A DNA stretch of 64,000 bases from an uncultured delta proteobacterium (GCA_963715335.1 CAVQRZ010000026.1:32001-96000), one strand, 5' to 3'. Counted from the first letter of the stretch, positions 51,515-62,408 are shown. The notes: generated by a model not told the origin, from the letters alone. Numbers and translations are program-made.

Positions 51515-52438
51515 ATGGCCAATCTCCTCTTTTACACGATTACGGTCCTGATTTGGGGCTCCACCTGGCTCGGGATCAAGTTCCAGCTTGGCATGGTCGA
51601 TCCGGCGCTATCGGTCTCTTACCGGTTCGCCCTGGCGGCGCTGATCCTTTTTGTCTGGTGTTTCGCCCGACGCCTGCCACTGAGATTCACCAGGGGTGAA
51701 CACGCATTTATTGCCATGCAGGGTGTGTTCCTGTTCGCTATGAACTACCTGCTTTTCTATCTTGCTGAATTGCAGATCACCAGCGGTCTGGCGGCCGTGG
51801 TTTTTTCCACGATCGTGGTCATGAATCTGGTCAACGGGCGACTGTTTCTCGGCACCCCGATCGAGGTTAAAGTGCTGGTTGGCGGGGCGTTGGGGATGGC
51901 CGGCCTGGGCTTGCTCTTCTGGCCGGATATGGCTGCTGCGGATTTTTCCGGGTCGGTAGTTGTCGGTCTGCTCCTCAGCTTTGCTGCAACCTACCTGGCG
52001 TCACTCGGGAATATCCTGTCGGTCCGCAACCAGCAGCATAAACTGCCGGTTGTGCAGACCAATGCCTTCGGCATGGCCTACGGCTCAGCCTGTATGGCGA
52101 TCGTTGTGTTGGTCAGTGGCACGTCGATCACGATAGACCTGGCAATTCCATACCTTGCGTCGCTGGTTTACCTGTCCCTGTTCGGTTCGGTGATTGCGTT
52201 TGGATGCTACCTGAGCCTGGTTGGCAGGATCGGGGCAGGGCGTGCGGCATACGCCACATTGCTGTTCCCGGTTGTCGCGCTGGGGCTTTCAACGATCTGG
52301 GAGGGGTATGTCTGGACCTTGCCCGGTGTCTGTGGAATCATTCTGATCCTGTTCGGGAATTATTTGGCCATGACCAGGAAAAAGATCACCACAGCACGGC
52401 AAAGCAAGGTCCAGAAGGCTGTCGCCCTGGATGCCTGA
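51515..52438 (+). CDS. EamA/DMT family transporter
   Basis: LIWGSTW, YRFALA, YLSLFGSVIAF; two EamA repeats. Confidence 0.9.
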   Translation: MANLLFYTITVLIWGSTWLGIKFQLGMVDPALSVSYRFALAALILFVWCFARRLPLRFTRGEHAFIAMQGVFLFAMNYLLFYLAELQITSGLAAVVFSTIVVMNLVNGRLFLGTPIEVKVLVGGALGMAGLGLLFWPDMAAADFSGSVVVGLLLSFAATYLASLGNILSVRNQQHKLPVVQTNAFGMAYGSACMAIVVLVSGTSITIDLAIPYLASLVYLSLFGSVIAFGCYLSLVGRIGAGRAAYATLLFPVVALGLSTIWEGYVWTLPGVCGIILILFGNYLAMTRKKITTARQSKVQKAVALDA

Positions 52439-52680
52439 GCCTTGTTACTCCGGTGACGCCATCGATGCCCGGACGTTCTGCTAGCCTCCTTGCCGATGTC
52501 GATTGTGCTTTGCACATTCCGGTCTCCCTGCAATGTGACGGCTGAGGACCGCTTCGTCCTGTCAAAGGCGGCATTTCTAATGAAATGCCTGATTTAGAAT
52601 GTCGCTTTAGTTGACCTGGAAATTACGTATTTGCTAGAGTGCCGCACACGACACTTTGCTGCTGACGGCAGGAGATTTAT

Positions 52681-53097
52681 TTGACGTCGATAGAATTCAT
52701 AAAGCTGGATCGGCCCGAGATGGCCAGGGTCCTCTGTGACCTGGCAGAGGAATATTATCTCAACGGTCAGCGTGTCCTGGTGATGATTCGGGATGACAAC
52801 CAGGGGATAACCCTCGACCGCTTCATGTGGACCTGGAAAAAAGGCGCTTTCTTGCCACACGTCTATGATAACGGGTCTGTCGAGGGTCTCGATGAACCGG
52901 TGGTTATCGTTTCCGAAGAAGGCAACCCGAATGGCGCCGGTATCCTGATCATGGGCGCGCCCTGCAGTATCGAGTTTATCCGCCAGTTCCGGCAAGCGAT
53001 CGACTTTGCCGAAACCTATGACGAGACGCGCCTGGAAGAGTCTCGCGCGCGCTTCAGGAGTTACCGGGCCCTTGGATTCAACCCTGTCATGCGTTAA
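52681..53097 (+). CDS. holC: DNA polymerase III chi subunit
   Basis: LDRFMWTW..AFLPH, SRARFRSYR; TTG start after SD aggag. Confidence 0.82.
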   Translation: MTSIEFIKLDRPEMARVLCDLAEEYYLNGQRVLVMIRDDNQGITLDRFMWTWKKGAFLPHVYDNGSVEGLDEPVVIVSEEGNPNGAGILIMGAPCSIEFIRQFRQAIDFAETYDETRLEESRARFRSYRALGFNPVMR

Positions 53098-53116
53098 TAA
53101 CGGTGGGCTCAAGAGC

Positions 53117-53845
53117 CTGGTTCGGTTGGACCATGTCCCGCAGCTTGATCGAGAGACACGTCTTTCTGCTGCAGCACTACAGGCTCTTTCGATCTGGCAG
53201 GCCAGACCGGGTGAAGTGATGACCCTGGTTGACCCGCAAGCGACGGCATATCGTGCGCGCATTATCAGCCTGGACCCTGAACACCCGCGCTGCATGCCCT
53301 TTGCATGCCTGTCCCGTCCCGCAGAAAGTCCCCTGACCATTGCTGTTTATCAATCCTTGCCGGACCGGGAGCGTTTTGAGCTGGTCCTGCAGAAACTTAC
53401 CGAACTCGGTGTCGCCCGCATCGTGCCCATGGTGTCGGCACACTCGTCAACCATTGAAGAGCGTGATGCAGGGCAGAAGAAATCACATCGCTGGCCCGAT
53501 CTGGTCCGGAAAGCATCTCGCCAGTGCCGGCGCGCGATGCTGCCGGAACTCATGACGGCACAATGTTTCGCCGAAGCGCTTCGCACCGCCGAATCGGCAG
53601 AATTGAAGCTGATGCTGTATGAAGGGGATTCATCCTGGACACTCACGGAAGGATTCGGTACGTTTAGGCCGCAGAGTGTCGCCCTGATGATCGGACCCGA
53701 GGGCGGCTTCTCCCGCGAGGAAGTCGAGCTGGCGCAGGGCGCCGGGTTCCTGCCGGTCAGCCTTGGCCCGCGCATCCTGCGTACCGAGACAGCTGCGATT
53801 GTCGCTGCTGCGCTTGTGCAGAGTTATTTGGGGGATTTGGGCTAA
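53117..53845 (+). CDS. rsmE: 16S rRNA m3U1498 methyltransferase RsmE (start uncertain: CTG 53117 or TTG 53126)
   Basis: QKLTELGV, ASRQCRR, IGPEGGF, LGPRILRTETA. Confidence 0.88.
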   Translation: MVRLDHVPQLDRETRLSAAALQALSIWQARPGEVMTLVDPQATAYRARIISLDPEHPRCMPFACLSRPAESPLTIAVYQSLPDRERFELVLQKLTELGVARIVPMVSAHSSTIEERDAGQKKSHRWPDLVRKASRQCRRAMLPELMTAQCFAEALRTAESAELKLMLYEGDSSWTLTEGFGTFRPQSVALMIGPEGGFSREEVELAQGAGFLPVSLGPRILRTETAAIVAAALVQSYLGDLG

Positions 53846-53847
53846 CA

Positions 53848-53882
53848 GACACGAGGTGGGGAGCGGAAAGTACGCAAGCGAA
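53848..53882 (+). repeat. Degenerate solo 7-bp-periodic arm after the rsmE stop
   Basis: gacacga-ggtgggg-agcggaa-agtacgc-aagcgaa. Confidence 0.4.
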
Positions 53883-53976
53883 GGATTAGGGCTGACAGCT
53901 GTCAACGCTAAGAAAGCTCCGGCTCCTCCTGAGTTGCTTTGGTCAAGTCCTTGCGGCGGACAGCTTGGGTTTAATT

Positions 53977-54741
53977 ATGAATCTTGATAATCTGACAGTC
54001 GTCCTCGTCGAATCCCGCGGCGAGCGAAATATCGGTTCGGTGGCACGCGCGATGGCAAATTTCGGCGTCAGCGATCTGCGCCTGGTCGCGCCGAAGGTCG
54101 ATCACCTTGATGACGAAGCGCGTAAAATGGCCGTCAAGGCAAGCGTGCTGCTCGAACAGGCCACCCTCTACCCTGACCTGGAGTGCGCCCTCACGGATTG
54201 CCATTATGCTTATGCGACCACGCGCCGCTTCGGTAAGTACCGGGCCGATTTCCTGCACCCCGACAGTGCTGCTGAAGACCTTCTGCCACGTCTCGGTAGT
54301 GGCAGGGTCGCGTTGGTCTTCGGTCGCGAAGACAAGGGGCTGAAGACCGAAGAGCTGGATCTCTGCCAGCGCTTGATTACAATTCCGACCTGCGGCAGTA
54401 TCCAATCAATGAACCTGGCTCAATCTGTGGTGGTCTGCCTTTATGAAGTCTGTCTGCAACATGGCGAGCGACAGGGCAAGGTGCAGGGGAACCGGCGCCT
54501 GGCGAGCAACAAGCAGCTGGAGGTGCTCTTTTCACACATGCAAAAGACGCTTCTCGGCATCAAATACCTGAACCCGCAGAACCCTGAACATATCATGCGC
54601 TCCTATCGACAGATGTTTGGCCGGGCAGGGCTGGACGACCGCGATGTTCGCATCCTGCGCGGTCTGATGAGTGAAATTGACCGTGTTGAGACCGAACGTC
54701 TCCTGCTCGCTGGAGAGGATGATGACGGCAATCAAGGTTGA
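53977..54741 (+). CDS. trmJ: TrmJ/LasT-family tRNA methyltransferase
   Basis: NIGSVARAMANFG, VFGRED, SMNLAQSV. Confidence 0.85.
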   Translation: MNLDNLTVVLVESRGERNIGSVARAMANFGVSDLRLVAPKVDHLDDEARKMAVKASVLLEQATLYPDLECALTDCHYAYATTRRFGKYRADFLHPDSAAEDLLPRLGSGRVALVFGREDKGLKTEELDLCQRLITIPTCGSIQSMNLAQSVVVCLYEVCLQHGERQGKVQGNRRLASNKQLEVLFSHMQKTLLGIKYLNPQNPEHIMRSYRQMFGRAGLDDRDVRILRGLMSEIDRVETERLLLAGEDDDGNQG

Positions 54742-55084
54742 ACGGCTGGCCAACGGTCTGGAGATCAGCTTCAGTGATCAGACTAATCGCTACTTTGGCG
54801 ATTACCATCGCGTCTGTGTGGTTGCGACAATTAGTTATCTTCTCGACCGCCTTCCTGATGAGACCCTGCGGTTGCAGGCGACCGCTCTCCTTGGTGAACA
54901 ACTCAAGGTCGAAAAAAGTTTCGAGCGCATGGGCGTCCCGTCCGCAGAGCTTGAAAAGACCCGCAATGTTCTGATCGATGACTTCATGCGACATGCCGCT
55001 GCTTACCTCTCGCGTCCCAATTACCCCTGCCTGCTGGTTGCCGCTGAGTTGAGAAAGCCGCGTTCAGGCCGATTGTATGTCTGA
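54722..55084 (+). CDS. Hypothetical protein
   Basis: Fills the gap between trmJ and rlmD, overlapping both; SD ggag; motif NRYFGDYHRV. Confidence 0.75.
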   Translation: MTAIKVERLANGLEISFSDQTNRYFGDYHRVCVVATISYLLDRLPDETLRLQATALLGEQLKVEKSFERMGVPSAELEKTRNVLIDDFMRHAAAYLSRPNYPCLLVAAELRKPRSGRLYV

Positions 55085-56381
55085 AATGATCATGGACCTG
55101 GAAATTACCGGGTTGGTCCATGGTGGCCGCGGTATAGGTCGTTGCCATGGCAAGGCCGTTTTTGTCCCCATGACAGCGCCCGGCGACCGGGTTGTCTGCC
55201 GGGCCATCAGGTCGAAGCCGCACTATGTCGAAGCCGAGCTGGTGGAGGTGGTCGAGCCTTCGCCACACCGGCGGGTGCCGCCTTGCCCTTATTTCGAAAT
55301 CTGTGGCGGCTGCCAGTGGCAACACCTCCCGTACCCGAGCCAAACCCGCTGGAAAGAAAAAATCTTTTTCGACCAGATGCTGCGCAGCAAGTGCGCTTCG
55401 GCGGCATGCTTGCAGCCGATCGTCCCGGCTCCGGATGAGTGGCGCTACCGCAACCGGGTCCAGTTCAAGTGCCATATGGCCGAACATGGGCTGGCCGTCG
55501 GTTTTTATCGCCCCAACTCGCATTTCGTCGTCGATATCGAGCACTGCCGACTTCTTTCAACACCGATTCAAGGCGTTCTGGGTCTCCTGCGCGAGGAGCT
55601 GCCGGGCGCTCCCTGTCCGGGCTGTATTCCCCAGGTCGATGTTGCCGCCGGCGATGATGGAGCCCTCAGGGTCCTATTGCATGTTCTGCCGGAAGCTCGC
55701 CGCCAGCTGCGGGCGTGGTTGCTCGGCTTTGCTGAACGTCATCAGCTCAACGCATGCTTGCAGTCTGGACGAAAAGAAACCATTGAGCTTGTCTACGGTG
55801 ATGCGGATTTGTCAGTGTTTGTTGATCAACCGCCGTTGACCATGAGTTATGGCCCCGGCGGGTTTGCCCAGGTCAACTCGGCGCAGAACCGCAATATGGT
55901 GGCCGAAATGCTCGCAATCCTCGATCTGCAAGGGACAGAAAATGTCCTCGACCTGTTTTGCGGCATGGGTAATTTCAGCCTGCCAATAGCCCGTCGAGCG
56001 GACCGGGTCACCGGGATTGAAAGTTACCCCCCTTCCATAACATCCGCACTTGACAACGCTGCCGCAAATAGCCTGCGTAATGTCGCATTTCACGCCGCAG
56101 ACGTATCGACAGTCATGACCCGCGACGATCTTGATGCATTCGACCTGGTTGTCCTTGACCCCCCTCGCAGCGGCAGCTATCAATCCAGTCGGGAGATATT
56201 GAAGGTCAGGCCGCAGCGGATCCTCTACATCTCCTGCGATCCGGCTACCCTGACCCGCGATCTGGGGCCACTGGTGCATGACGGCTACCAGATTGTCTCC
56301 AGCCGGCCCTTCGATATGTTCCCGCAAACCTGGCATATCGAGAGCATGACTTTGTTGCGAAGGCTGGATGGAGGAAACTAG
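55077..56381 (+). CDS. rlmD: 23S rRNA m5U1939 methyltransferase RlmD (TrmA family)
   Basis: TRAM domain, CPYFEICGGC Fe-S motif, DLFCGMGNF, LDPPR, YISCDPATL, DMFPQT. Confidence 0.88.
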   Translation: MSEMIMDLEITGLVHGGRGIGRCHGKAVFVPMTAPGDRVVCRAIRSKPHYVEAELVEVVEPSPHRRVPPCPYFEICGGCQWQHLPYPSQTRWKEKIFFDQMLRSKCASAACLQPIVPAPDEWRYRNRVQFKCHMAEHGLAVGFYRPNSHFVVDIEHCRLLSTPIQGVLGLLREELPGAPCPGCIPQVDVAAGDDGALRVLLHVLPEARRQLRAWLLGFAERHQLNACLQSGRKETIELVYGDADLSVFVDQPPLTMSYGPGGFAQVNSAQNRNMVAEMLAILDLQGTENVLDLFCGMGNFSLPIARRADRVTGIESYPPSITSALDNAAANSLRNVAFHAADVSTVMTRDDLDAFDLVVLDPPRSGSYQSSREILKVRPQRILYISCDPATLTRDLGPLVHDGYQIVSSRPFDMFPQTWHIESMTLLRRLDGGN

Positions 56382-56499
56382 GGGCCGGCTGAGAAGCTGT
56401 TGGTCCTGCCGGTTCCCAGACCCTGGTCGGCAAAGTCTGCTTTTTCCCTTGCATTGCCCGGCGAACTTTGATAGAAGACACGCAATAGCTTTTCATCTG

Positions 56500-56526
56500 A
56501 AAAGTGAGCTTCGGCTCGCTTTTTTT
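56500..56526 (+). promoter_or_regulatory. rimP leader terminator-like hairpin
   Basis: aaaagtgagc-ttcg-gctcgctttt with T run, ending about 11 nt before the rimP ATG. Confidence 0.65.
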
Positions 56527-56537
56527 GTTTTGGAAAA

Positions 56538-57026
56538 ATGATGCGGCAAGAGATCCAGACCCAGATAGAGACATTAATCGTACCGATCCTCGATGACTTC
56601 GGTTATGAACTTGTTGACCTGCAATACAAGAAAGAAGGCCACAGCATGGCCCTCTGCCTCTTTATTGACAAGCCGGGCGGTATTACCCTTGACGATTGCG
56701 TCACGGTCAGCCGGGAGGTTGGTGCAATCCTCGAGATCGAAGACCCGATCAAGGCGGCCTACCGGCTTGAAGTTTCATCGCCCGGCCTGGACCGACCTCT
56801 GAAAAAACCTGCAGACTTTGAACGCTTCTCCGGGCAGAAGATCAAGGTGAAGACGCTGCGTATGCTCGATCCGGACAAGCGCGGCACCAGTCGGAAAACC
56901 TTTACGGGCGAGCTGCTTGGCCTGGAAGGCGACATGATTCGCCTGGAACTGGACGATAAACGCGGCGGTCTGGCGGTGATCGCGCTGGGCGATTTGGAAA
57001 AAGCCAACCTGGTGGAAGAATTCTAG
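56538..57026 (+). CDS. rimP: Ribosome maturation factor RimP
   Basis: GGITLDDC, YRLEVSSPGLDRPL. Confidence 0.96.
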   Translation: MMRQEIQTQIETLIVPILDDFGYELVDLQYKKEGHSMALCLFIDKPGGITLDDCVTVSREVGAILEIEDPIKAAYRLEVSSPGLDRPLKKPADFERFSGQKIKVKTLRMLDPDKRGTSRKTFTGELLGLEGDMIRLELDDKRGGLAVIALGDLEKANLVEEF

Positions 57027-57127
57027 CGAAACCATTGGCTCACACATTAACCATTAACGTTTAACGGTATAATAAAGACTTCGACAGCAGCCACCGCAAT
57101 GATGTGGATGGCATGCAGGGGGAAGGG

Positions 57128-58399
57128 ATGAATATCAACCTGAATCACATTATCGACCAGGTGGTTAAAGACAAGGGAATTGACCGCGCGGTGCTGATAG
57201 AGGCACTGGAAGCCGCGGTGCTGTCGGCAGCCAACAAGAAGTATCGCAATACCCGTGAACTCGAAGCCCACTACAATAATGAAGCGGGTGAAGTGGAAGT
57301 CTTCGAGTTCGTCACTGTCGTTGATGAAGTGGAGAACTCTTACCAGGAAATTGACCTGTCTGAAGCCCGCGAAATCGATCCCGACGTTGAAGTTGGCGAT
57401 TCGCTCGGGATGAAGATGGATGCAAGCAGTTTCAGCCGCATCGCAGCGCAAACGGCCAAGCAGGTGATTATCCAGAAGGTCCGTGAAGCAGAACGCGAAG
57501 GTGTTTTCAATGACTTCAAGGATCGTGTCGGTGAGCTGGTCAACGGCATCGTCCGTCGCTACGAACGTGGTGATCTGATCGTTGACCTGGGTCGCGCCGA
57601 AGCTCTGTTGCCGCATCGTGAGCAGGTCCCGCGCGAAAACTACCGCCAGGGCGACCGGGTCCGTGCCTACATCTCCGATGTGCGTATGGCCACCAAGGGC
57701 CCGCAGATTATCCTGTCACGCACCCATCCGGGCCTGTTGGCAGAGCTTTTCCGCATAGAAGTCCCGGAAGTTGCCGAAGGGATTGTCGAGATTCATGCTG
57801 TTGCCCGCGAACCGGGCAGCCGTGCCAAGATCGCCGTGCTCTCCAATGACCCGGACGTTGATCCAATTGGCGCCTGTGTCGGTATGCGCGGCGCGCGTGT
57901 CCAGAATGTGGTTTCCGAACTGCGTGGTGAAAAGATTGATATCATCAACTGGACACCTGACATCGCACGCTTCGCCTGTTCGGCGTTGTCTCCGGCCGAG
58001 GTAACCAGGGTCTATGTCGACAACGACGAGGAGTCGCTGGAAATCATCGTTCCCGATGATCAGCTGTCGCTGGCGATTGGCAAAAAGGGTCAGAACGTGC
58101 GGCTGGCTGCCAAGCTGACCGGCTGGAAGATAGATATCATCAGCGAGACCCGTGCCGCAGAGGCCGAACTCGAGGAATTGACCGGCGGTGGCCGCAGCTC
58201 TGAAGATGAAGTTGAAGCTGAGACCCCTGACGAACTCCTCTCGGGGATGGGTGCCAAAGAGGCCATCGCCTTGATCGAGGTTGCAGGGTCCGTCGAAGAT
58301 ATCGCCGGTAAGGAAATTGGTGAAAAGCGTGTCACAGTGATGCGCGCATTCGAGGCAAAAATGACGGAGCTGTCAGGCGACGAGAGCCAGGAGAGCTGA
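57128..58399 (+). CDS. nusA: Transcription elongation factor NusA
   Basis: RIAAQTAKQVI, S1 domain, KH motifs GACVGMRGARV and LAIGKKGQNVRLA; ATG 57128 preferred. Confidence 0.96.
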   Translation: MNINLNHIIDQVVKDKGIDRAVLIEALEAAVLSAANKKYRNTRELEAHYNNEAGEVEVFEFVTVVDEVENSYQEIDLSEAREIDPDVEVGDSLGMKMDASSFSRIAAQTAKQVIIQKVREAEREGVFNDFKDRVGELVNGIVRRYERGDLIVDLGRAEALLPHREQVPRENYRQGDRVRAYISDVRMATKGPQIILSRTHPGLLAELFRIEVPEVAEGIVEIHAVAREPGSRAKIAVLSNDPDVDPIGACVGMRGARVQNVVSELRGEKIDIINWTPDIARFACSALSPAEVTRVYVDNDEESLEIIVPDDQLSLAIGKKGQNVRLAAKLTGWKIDIISETRAAEAELEELTGGGRSSEDEVEAETPDELLSGMGAKEAIALIEVAGSVEDIAGKEIGEKRVTVMRAFEAKMTELSGDESQES

Positions 58400-58995
58400 T
58401 GGCCGAAGGGCGCAAGCAGCCGCAGCGCACCTGTCTCGGGTGCCGCCAGGTCAAGGATCAGTCGGAACTGATCCGTTTTGTGCGCTCGCCCGTTGGTGAA
58501 GTACTGGCTGATTTGAAAGCACGTTTGCCCGGTCGCGGCGCCTACCTCTGCAACAGTCGCGCCTGTATGGAAGCGGCAGTGAACAGGCGCCAGTTCGGCA
58601 GAGCTTTTCACAGCGAGTGCCTGGCTGTGGATGTGCCGGAGCTGGCTGGCAAGGTAGCGGGGGAATTGCTCAGGCACCTTGCGAGTTTGCTTGGGATGGC
58701 GCGCAAGTCGGCAAACTTTGTTGCCGGCAGCAATGCTGTCCTTGATGCTCTGAGTCGCAGGAGAGCTCTGTCGGTCATCGTCCTGGCAGAGGACATCTCG
58801 CCACAGATAGGCGAGAAGCTCAGGCGGAAAGCTGAACGTCAGAACATATTAACGACGAAATTATTTGACAAAATGGAACTTGGCCGCATACTCGGGCGTG
58901 CGGAAAGAAGTGTTGTTGGTTTGCCCGATGGCAAGTTGGCGGATGCATTCATTGATGGTTTGCACCGTTATAAGGATATTTCAGGGGATAATTGA
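58399..58995 (+). CDS. YlxR (DUF448) - L7Ae (YlxQ-like) fusion protein
   Basis: PQRTCLGCR ... GRGAYLC, then LLGMARKS ... LAEDIS ... ELGRILG. Confidence 0.85.
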   Translation: MAEGRKQPQRTCLGCRQVKDQSELIRFVRSPVGEVLADLKARLPGRGAYLCNSRACMEAAVNRRQFGRAFHSECLAVDVPELAGKVAGELLRHLASLLGMARKSANFVAGSNAVLDALSRRRALSVIVLAEDISPQIGEKLRRKAERQNILTTKLFDKMELGRILGRAERSVVGLPDGKLADAFIDGLHRYKDISGDN

Positions 58996-61724
58996 TGGCT
59001 AAAATTCGTGTTTATGAATTGGCGACCAAAATGGGCCTGGACAACAAGGATGTTGTCGAAAAGTTGCAACAGGCCGGTGTCGAGGTCAAGAACCATATGA
59101 GCGCACTTGAAGAAGATGTTGCGCAGAAGTTCGAGGCCGAAATGGCTGGCAAGGATGTCGTTGCTCCTCGGCTTGACGAGAGCGTCGAAGTCAAGGTCAA
59201 CGAAGAGCGGATCAGTTCTGGTTTGATCCGCCGACGCCGCAAGACTGTCGTCAAGGAAGAGCCGGTAGCCGAAATTACCGAAGCCGCTGCTGACGCCTCT
59301 GTTGAAGAAGTGGTTGCTGCCGAAGTGGCAAAAGAGCCGGAAGCCGCGCAAACAGCAGAAGATGCCGCTCCGGAAGTCGCTGCGGAAGGTGCCGAAACAG
59401 TACCGGCGGAGGCCCAGGCCGAAGAGGCGGAAATGGTCGAGGCGCCGTTGGGGAAGGCTGACCAGGATCTTGCCAGGAAAAAAACCAAGAAGGAACCGGT
59501 CCGTGCCAAGATTCTCGGCCGGGTTGAATTACCGACCCCGGTAGAGAGACCGCGCCGTCAGGATGGCGCTGCCGCAAGAGGCCAGCGAACCGAAGCTGGC
59601 GAGGGCAGGCGTCAGGATCGACCGGCGGCGCGTCCCGATGGACGTCCTGCCGCACGCCCAGCCGCGCGTCCCGACGGACGCCCTGCCACGCGTCCCGATG
59701 GACGTCCTGCTGCACGCCCTGCTGCACGTCCTACCGTCCCGGCAATCCCTAATGATCAGCTGGATGTGCTTTCGGAAAAAGAAGGCCGTGGCGTCAAGAA
59801 GAAAAAGAAGGGGCGCGATACGGTTCGAACGGATGCCGACGGGCCGCGTCGCAAGAGTCGCAGGGAGGTTTACGAGCCGGATCGTAATGAGCGCTACCGC
59901 AAGGGCCGGAAATCGAACCGGCCGGCCAAGAAGACAGAGATTACCCAGTCCAAGGCGATCAAGAGGAAAATCAGGATCACTGATGTTATTACGATTGGCG
60001 AACTGGCAAAACGCATGGGTGTCAAAGCCAACGACCTGATCAAGGAGTTGATGGGGCAGGGCCAGATGGTCACGATCAACCATCCTCTCGATTTCGAGTC
60101 AGCGGCTATCCTGGCTTCCGAGTTCGGTTATGAAGTTGAAAACGTGGCTTTTGACGAGGAAACCATCCTCTCTCATTCCGCTGTCACCTCGCAGGGCGAT
60201 GATGATGGCGCGCTGGTGCCACGTCCGCCGGTTATAACGATCATGGGTCATGTCGATCATGGCAAGACCAGCCTGCTCGACGCAATTCGTCAAGCCAAGG
60301 TGACCGAAGGCGAGGCCGGTGGCATCACCCAGCATATCGGCGCTTACGATGTTGACCTGGGTGGGCGCAAACTGACCTTCCTCGATACCCCCGGTCATGA
60401 AGCTTTTACCGCAATGCGTTCCCGCGGGGCACAGGTGACCGACATCGTTGTCCTGGTGGTTGCTGCTGATGACGGTGTTATGCCGCAGACCAGGGAGGCG
60501 ATCAACCACTCCAAGGCTGCCGGTGTGCCGATTATTGTGGCGGTCAACAAAGTCGACAAACCCGACGCCAATCCAGACCGGGTCATGCAGGAGCTCTCCG
60601 ATCTGGAACTGCTTCCGGAAAGCTGGGGCGGAGACACGATCTTCGTCAACGTCTCTGCCAAGGCAAAGACCAATATCGACCAGCTGCTGGAGATGATTCT
60701 GCTGCAGTCCGAAGTTCTCGAACTCAAAGCCAACCCCGACAAAAGAGCCCAGGGGACGGTCATCGAAGCGCGTCTCGACAAGGGCCGCGGCCCCGTCACG
60801 ACAGTGCTGGTGCAGCAGGGCACCTTGAAGATTGGCGACCCGATAGTTGCCGGCCTGCATTTCGGCCGCGTCAGGTCGATGGCCGATGACCGTGGTCGGT
60901 CCGTCGATAAGGCCGGACCATCATTACCGGTCGAGGTGACCGGCCTATCAGGTGTCCCTGAAGCGGGTGAATCTTTCCACGCTGTTGAAGATGAAAAGGT
61001 TGCCAAAGATGTCGCCCAACATCGGCTGCACAAAATCCGTGAGGCCGAACTGGCGAAGAACAGCAAGATTTCACTGGAGCAGCTCTATGCACGCATCCAG
61101 GAGGGTGATGTCAAAGAGCTCAAGGTCGTGGTCAAGGCCGACGTCCAGGGGTCCGTCGAGGCTGTGGCCGATACTCTGACCAAGCTGTCCACAAATGCCT
61201 GTCGACTGATTGTTATACACTCAGGCGTCGGGGGGATCACTGAAACCGATATCAGTCTGGCTTCCGCATCTGACGCGATTGTCCTCGGCTTCAATGTCCG
61301 TCCTGCTCCGAAGGCGGCCGGCCTTGCCGAACTCGAAGGGGTTGATATCCGCCTTTATAATGTCATCTACGATGCCATCAATGATATTAAGGATGCCATG
61401 GAAGGCCTGCTCGCACCGACTCTCAAGGAAGTCGATCTTGGCCGTGCCGAAGTTCGAGAAGCTTTCAACGTGACCAAGGTCGGCACCATCGCCGGTTGTT
61501 ACGTAACTTCCGGTAAAATCCAGCGTAACGCCTATGCACGCCTGTTGCGCGACGATATTGTGGTCTGGACCGGAAAACTTGCGTCCCTGCGCCGTTTCAA
61601 GGATGACGTTAAGGAAGTTGGCACGAACTATGAGTGTGGTATCGGCCTTGAGCATTACAACGATATAAAGCCTGGTGATATCATCGAGGTGTACGAGATC
61701 AAGGAAGAGAAAACCATCCTCTAA
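58995..61724 (+). CDS. infB: Translation initiation factor IF-2
   Basis: [37 protein letters not shown]. Confidence 0.98.
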   Translation: MAKIRVYELATKMGLDNKDVVEKLQQAGVEVKNHMSALEEDVAQKFEAEMAGKDVVAPRLDESVEVKVNEERISSGLIRRRRKTVVKEEPVAEITEAAADASVEEVVAAEVAKEPEAAQTAEDAAPEVAAEGAETVPAEAQAEEAEMVEAPLGKADQDLARKKTKKEPVRAKILGRVELPTPVERPRRQDGAAARGQRTEAGEGRRQDRPAARPDGRPAARPAARPDGRPATRPDGRPAARPAARPTVPAIPNDQLDVLSEKEGRGVKKKKKGRDTVRTDADGPRRKSRREVYEPDRNERYRKGRKSNRPAKKTEITQSKAIKRKIRITDVITIGELAKRMGVKANDLIKELMGQGQMVTINHPLDFESAAILASEFGYEVENVAFDEETILSHSAVTSQGDDDGALVPRPPVITIMGHVDHGKTSLLDAIRQAKVTEGEAGGITQHIGAYDVDLGGRKLTFLDTPGHEAFTAMRSRGAQVTDIVVLVVAADDGVMPQTREAINHSKAAGVPIIVAVNKVDKPDANPDRVMQELSDLELLPESWGGDTIFVNVSAKAKTNIDQLLEMILLQSEVLELKANPDKRAQGTVIEARLDKGRGPVTTVLVQQGTLKIGDPIVAGLHFGRVRSMADDRGRSVDKAGPSLPVEVTGLSGVPEAGESFHAVEDEKVAKDVAQHRLHKIREAELAKNSKISLEQLYARIQEGDVKELKVVVKADVQGSVEAVADTLTKLSTNACRLIVIHSGVGGITETDISLASASDAIVLGFNVRPAPKAAGLAELEGVDIRLYNVIYDAINDIKDAMEGLLAPTLKEVDLGRAEVREAFNVTKVGTIAGCYVTSGKIQRNAYARLLRDDIVVWTGKLASLRRFKDDVKEVGTNYECGIGLEHYNDIKPGDIIEVYEIKEEKTIL
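59619..59738 (+). repeat. In-frame 12-bp tandem repeat x10 in infB (RPAA/RPDG)
   Basis: cgaccggcggcg cgtcccgatgga cgtcctgccgca cgcccagccgcg cgtcccgacgga ... cgtcctaccgtc. Confidence 0.85.
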
Positions 61725-61742
61725 TCTGTAGCGGTTCTCGAA

Positions 61743-62030
61743 ATGGTGATTGGAGTCCTGCAAATAGACCTGCGTCTGCATGCACCACAGAACCTTAAGC
61801 AGAAGCGCGGCATCACACAGAAAATCCTGGCCCGCTGCCGCAACCGTTTCCCGGCCAGCTGTGCCGAGATCGGCCATCAGGACCTCTGGCAGAGATGCTT
61901 GCTGGGATTTGCAGTCATCAACAACTCGGAACAGGTGGTCGCACCGATTCTGGCGCGCATCGAAGCTGAAATACTGGATAACAGCGAAGTCGATCTGATT
62001 AATGCCGACACGGAATTTATTCATTACTGA
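61743..62030 (+). CDS. DUF503 (YlxP) family protein
   Basis: NLKQKR ... AEIGHQDLWQR..LGFAV; between infB and rbfA. Confidence 0.88.
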   Translation: MVIGVLQIDLRLHAPQNLKQKRGITQKILARCRNRFPASCAEIGHQDLWQRCLLGFAVINNSEQVVAPILARIEAEILDNSEVDLINADTEFIHY

Positions 62031-62042
62031 ACACAGGAATCG

Positions 62043-62408
62043 TTGAAGGTGGCCTCACAGCGCGCACAAAGGGTGGCTGAAACCATCCACAAAGAAATAT
62101 CGAACCTGTTGATCAAAGGACTCAAGGATCCGCGCATCGGATTCGTTACGATTACCTCGGTTGATGTCACCTCAGACCTGCGCCAGGCCAAGATTTACTA
62201 CACCCTGATGGGTGGCCAGGGCGACCGTGACCAGACCAAATCCGGTCTCGACAGCAGTACCTCTTATGTTCGGCAGCAGCTTGGAAAAGTTCTGCGCCTG
62301 CGGCATATCCCGGAAATCCAATTCATCTACGATGCATCCTTTGAATACGGCCAGCACATCGAAAAACTCCTGAACGAAGTCAAGTCAGACCTGCAAGAAG
62401 ATGATTGA
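62043..62408 (+). CDS. rbfA: Ribosome-binding factor A
   Basis: RAQRVAETI, KDPRIGFVTIT, LRLRHIPEIQFIYD; start TTG 62043 or GTG 62049. Confidence 0.95.
   Translation: MKVASQRAQRVAETIHKEISNLLIKGLKDPRIGFVTITSVDVTSDLRQAKIYYTLMGGQGDRDQTKSGLDSSTSYVRQQLGKVLRLRHIPEIQFIYDASFEYGQHIEKLLNEVKSDLQEDD

Noticed and set aside
53006..53116. Extended rsmE start overlapping holC
   Set aside because: 92-nt overlap with holC and no RsmE-like sequence; the true start is probably near 53117-53126.
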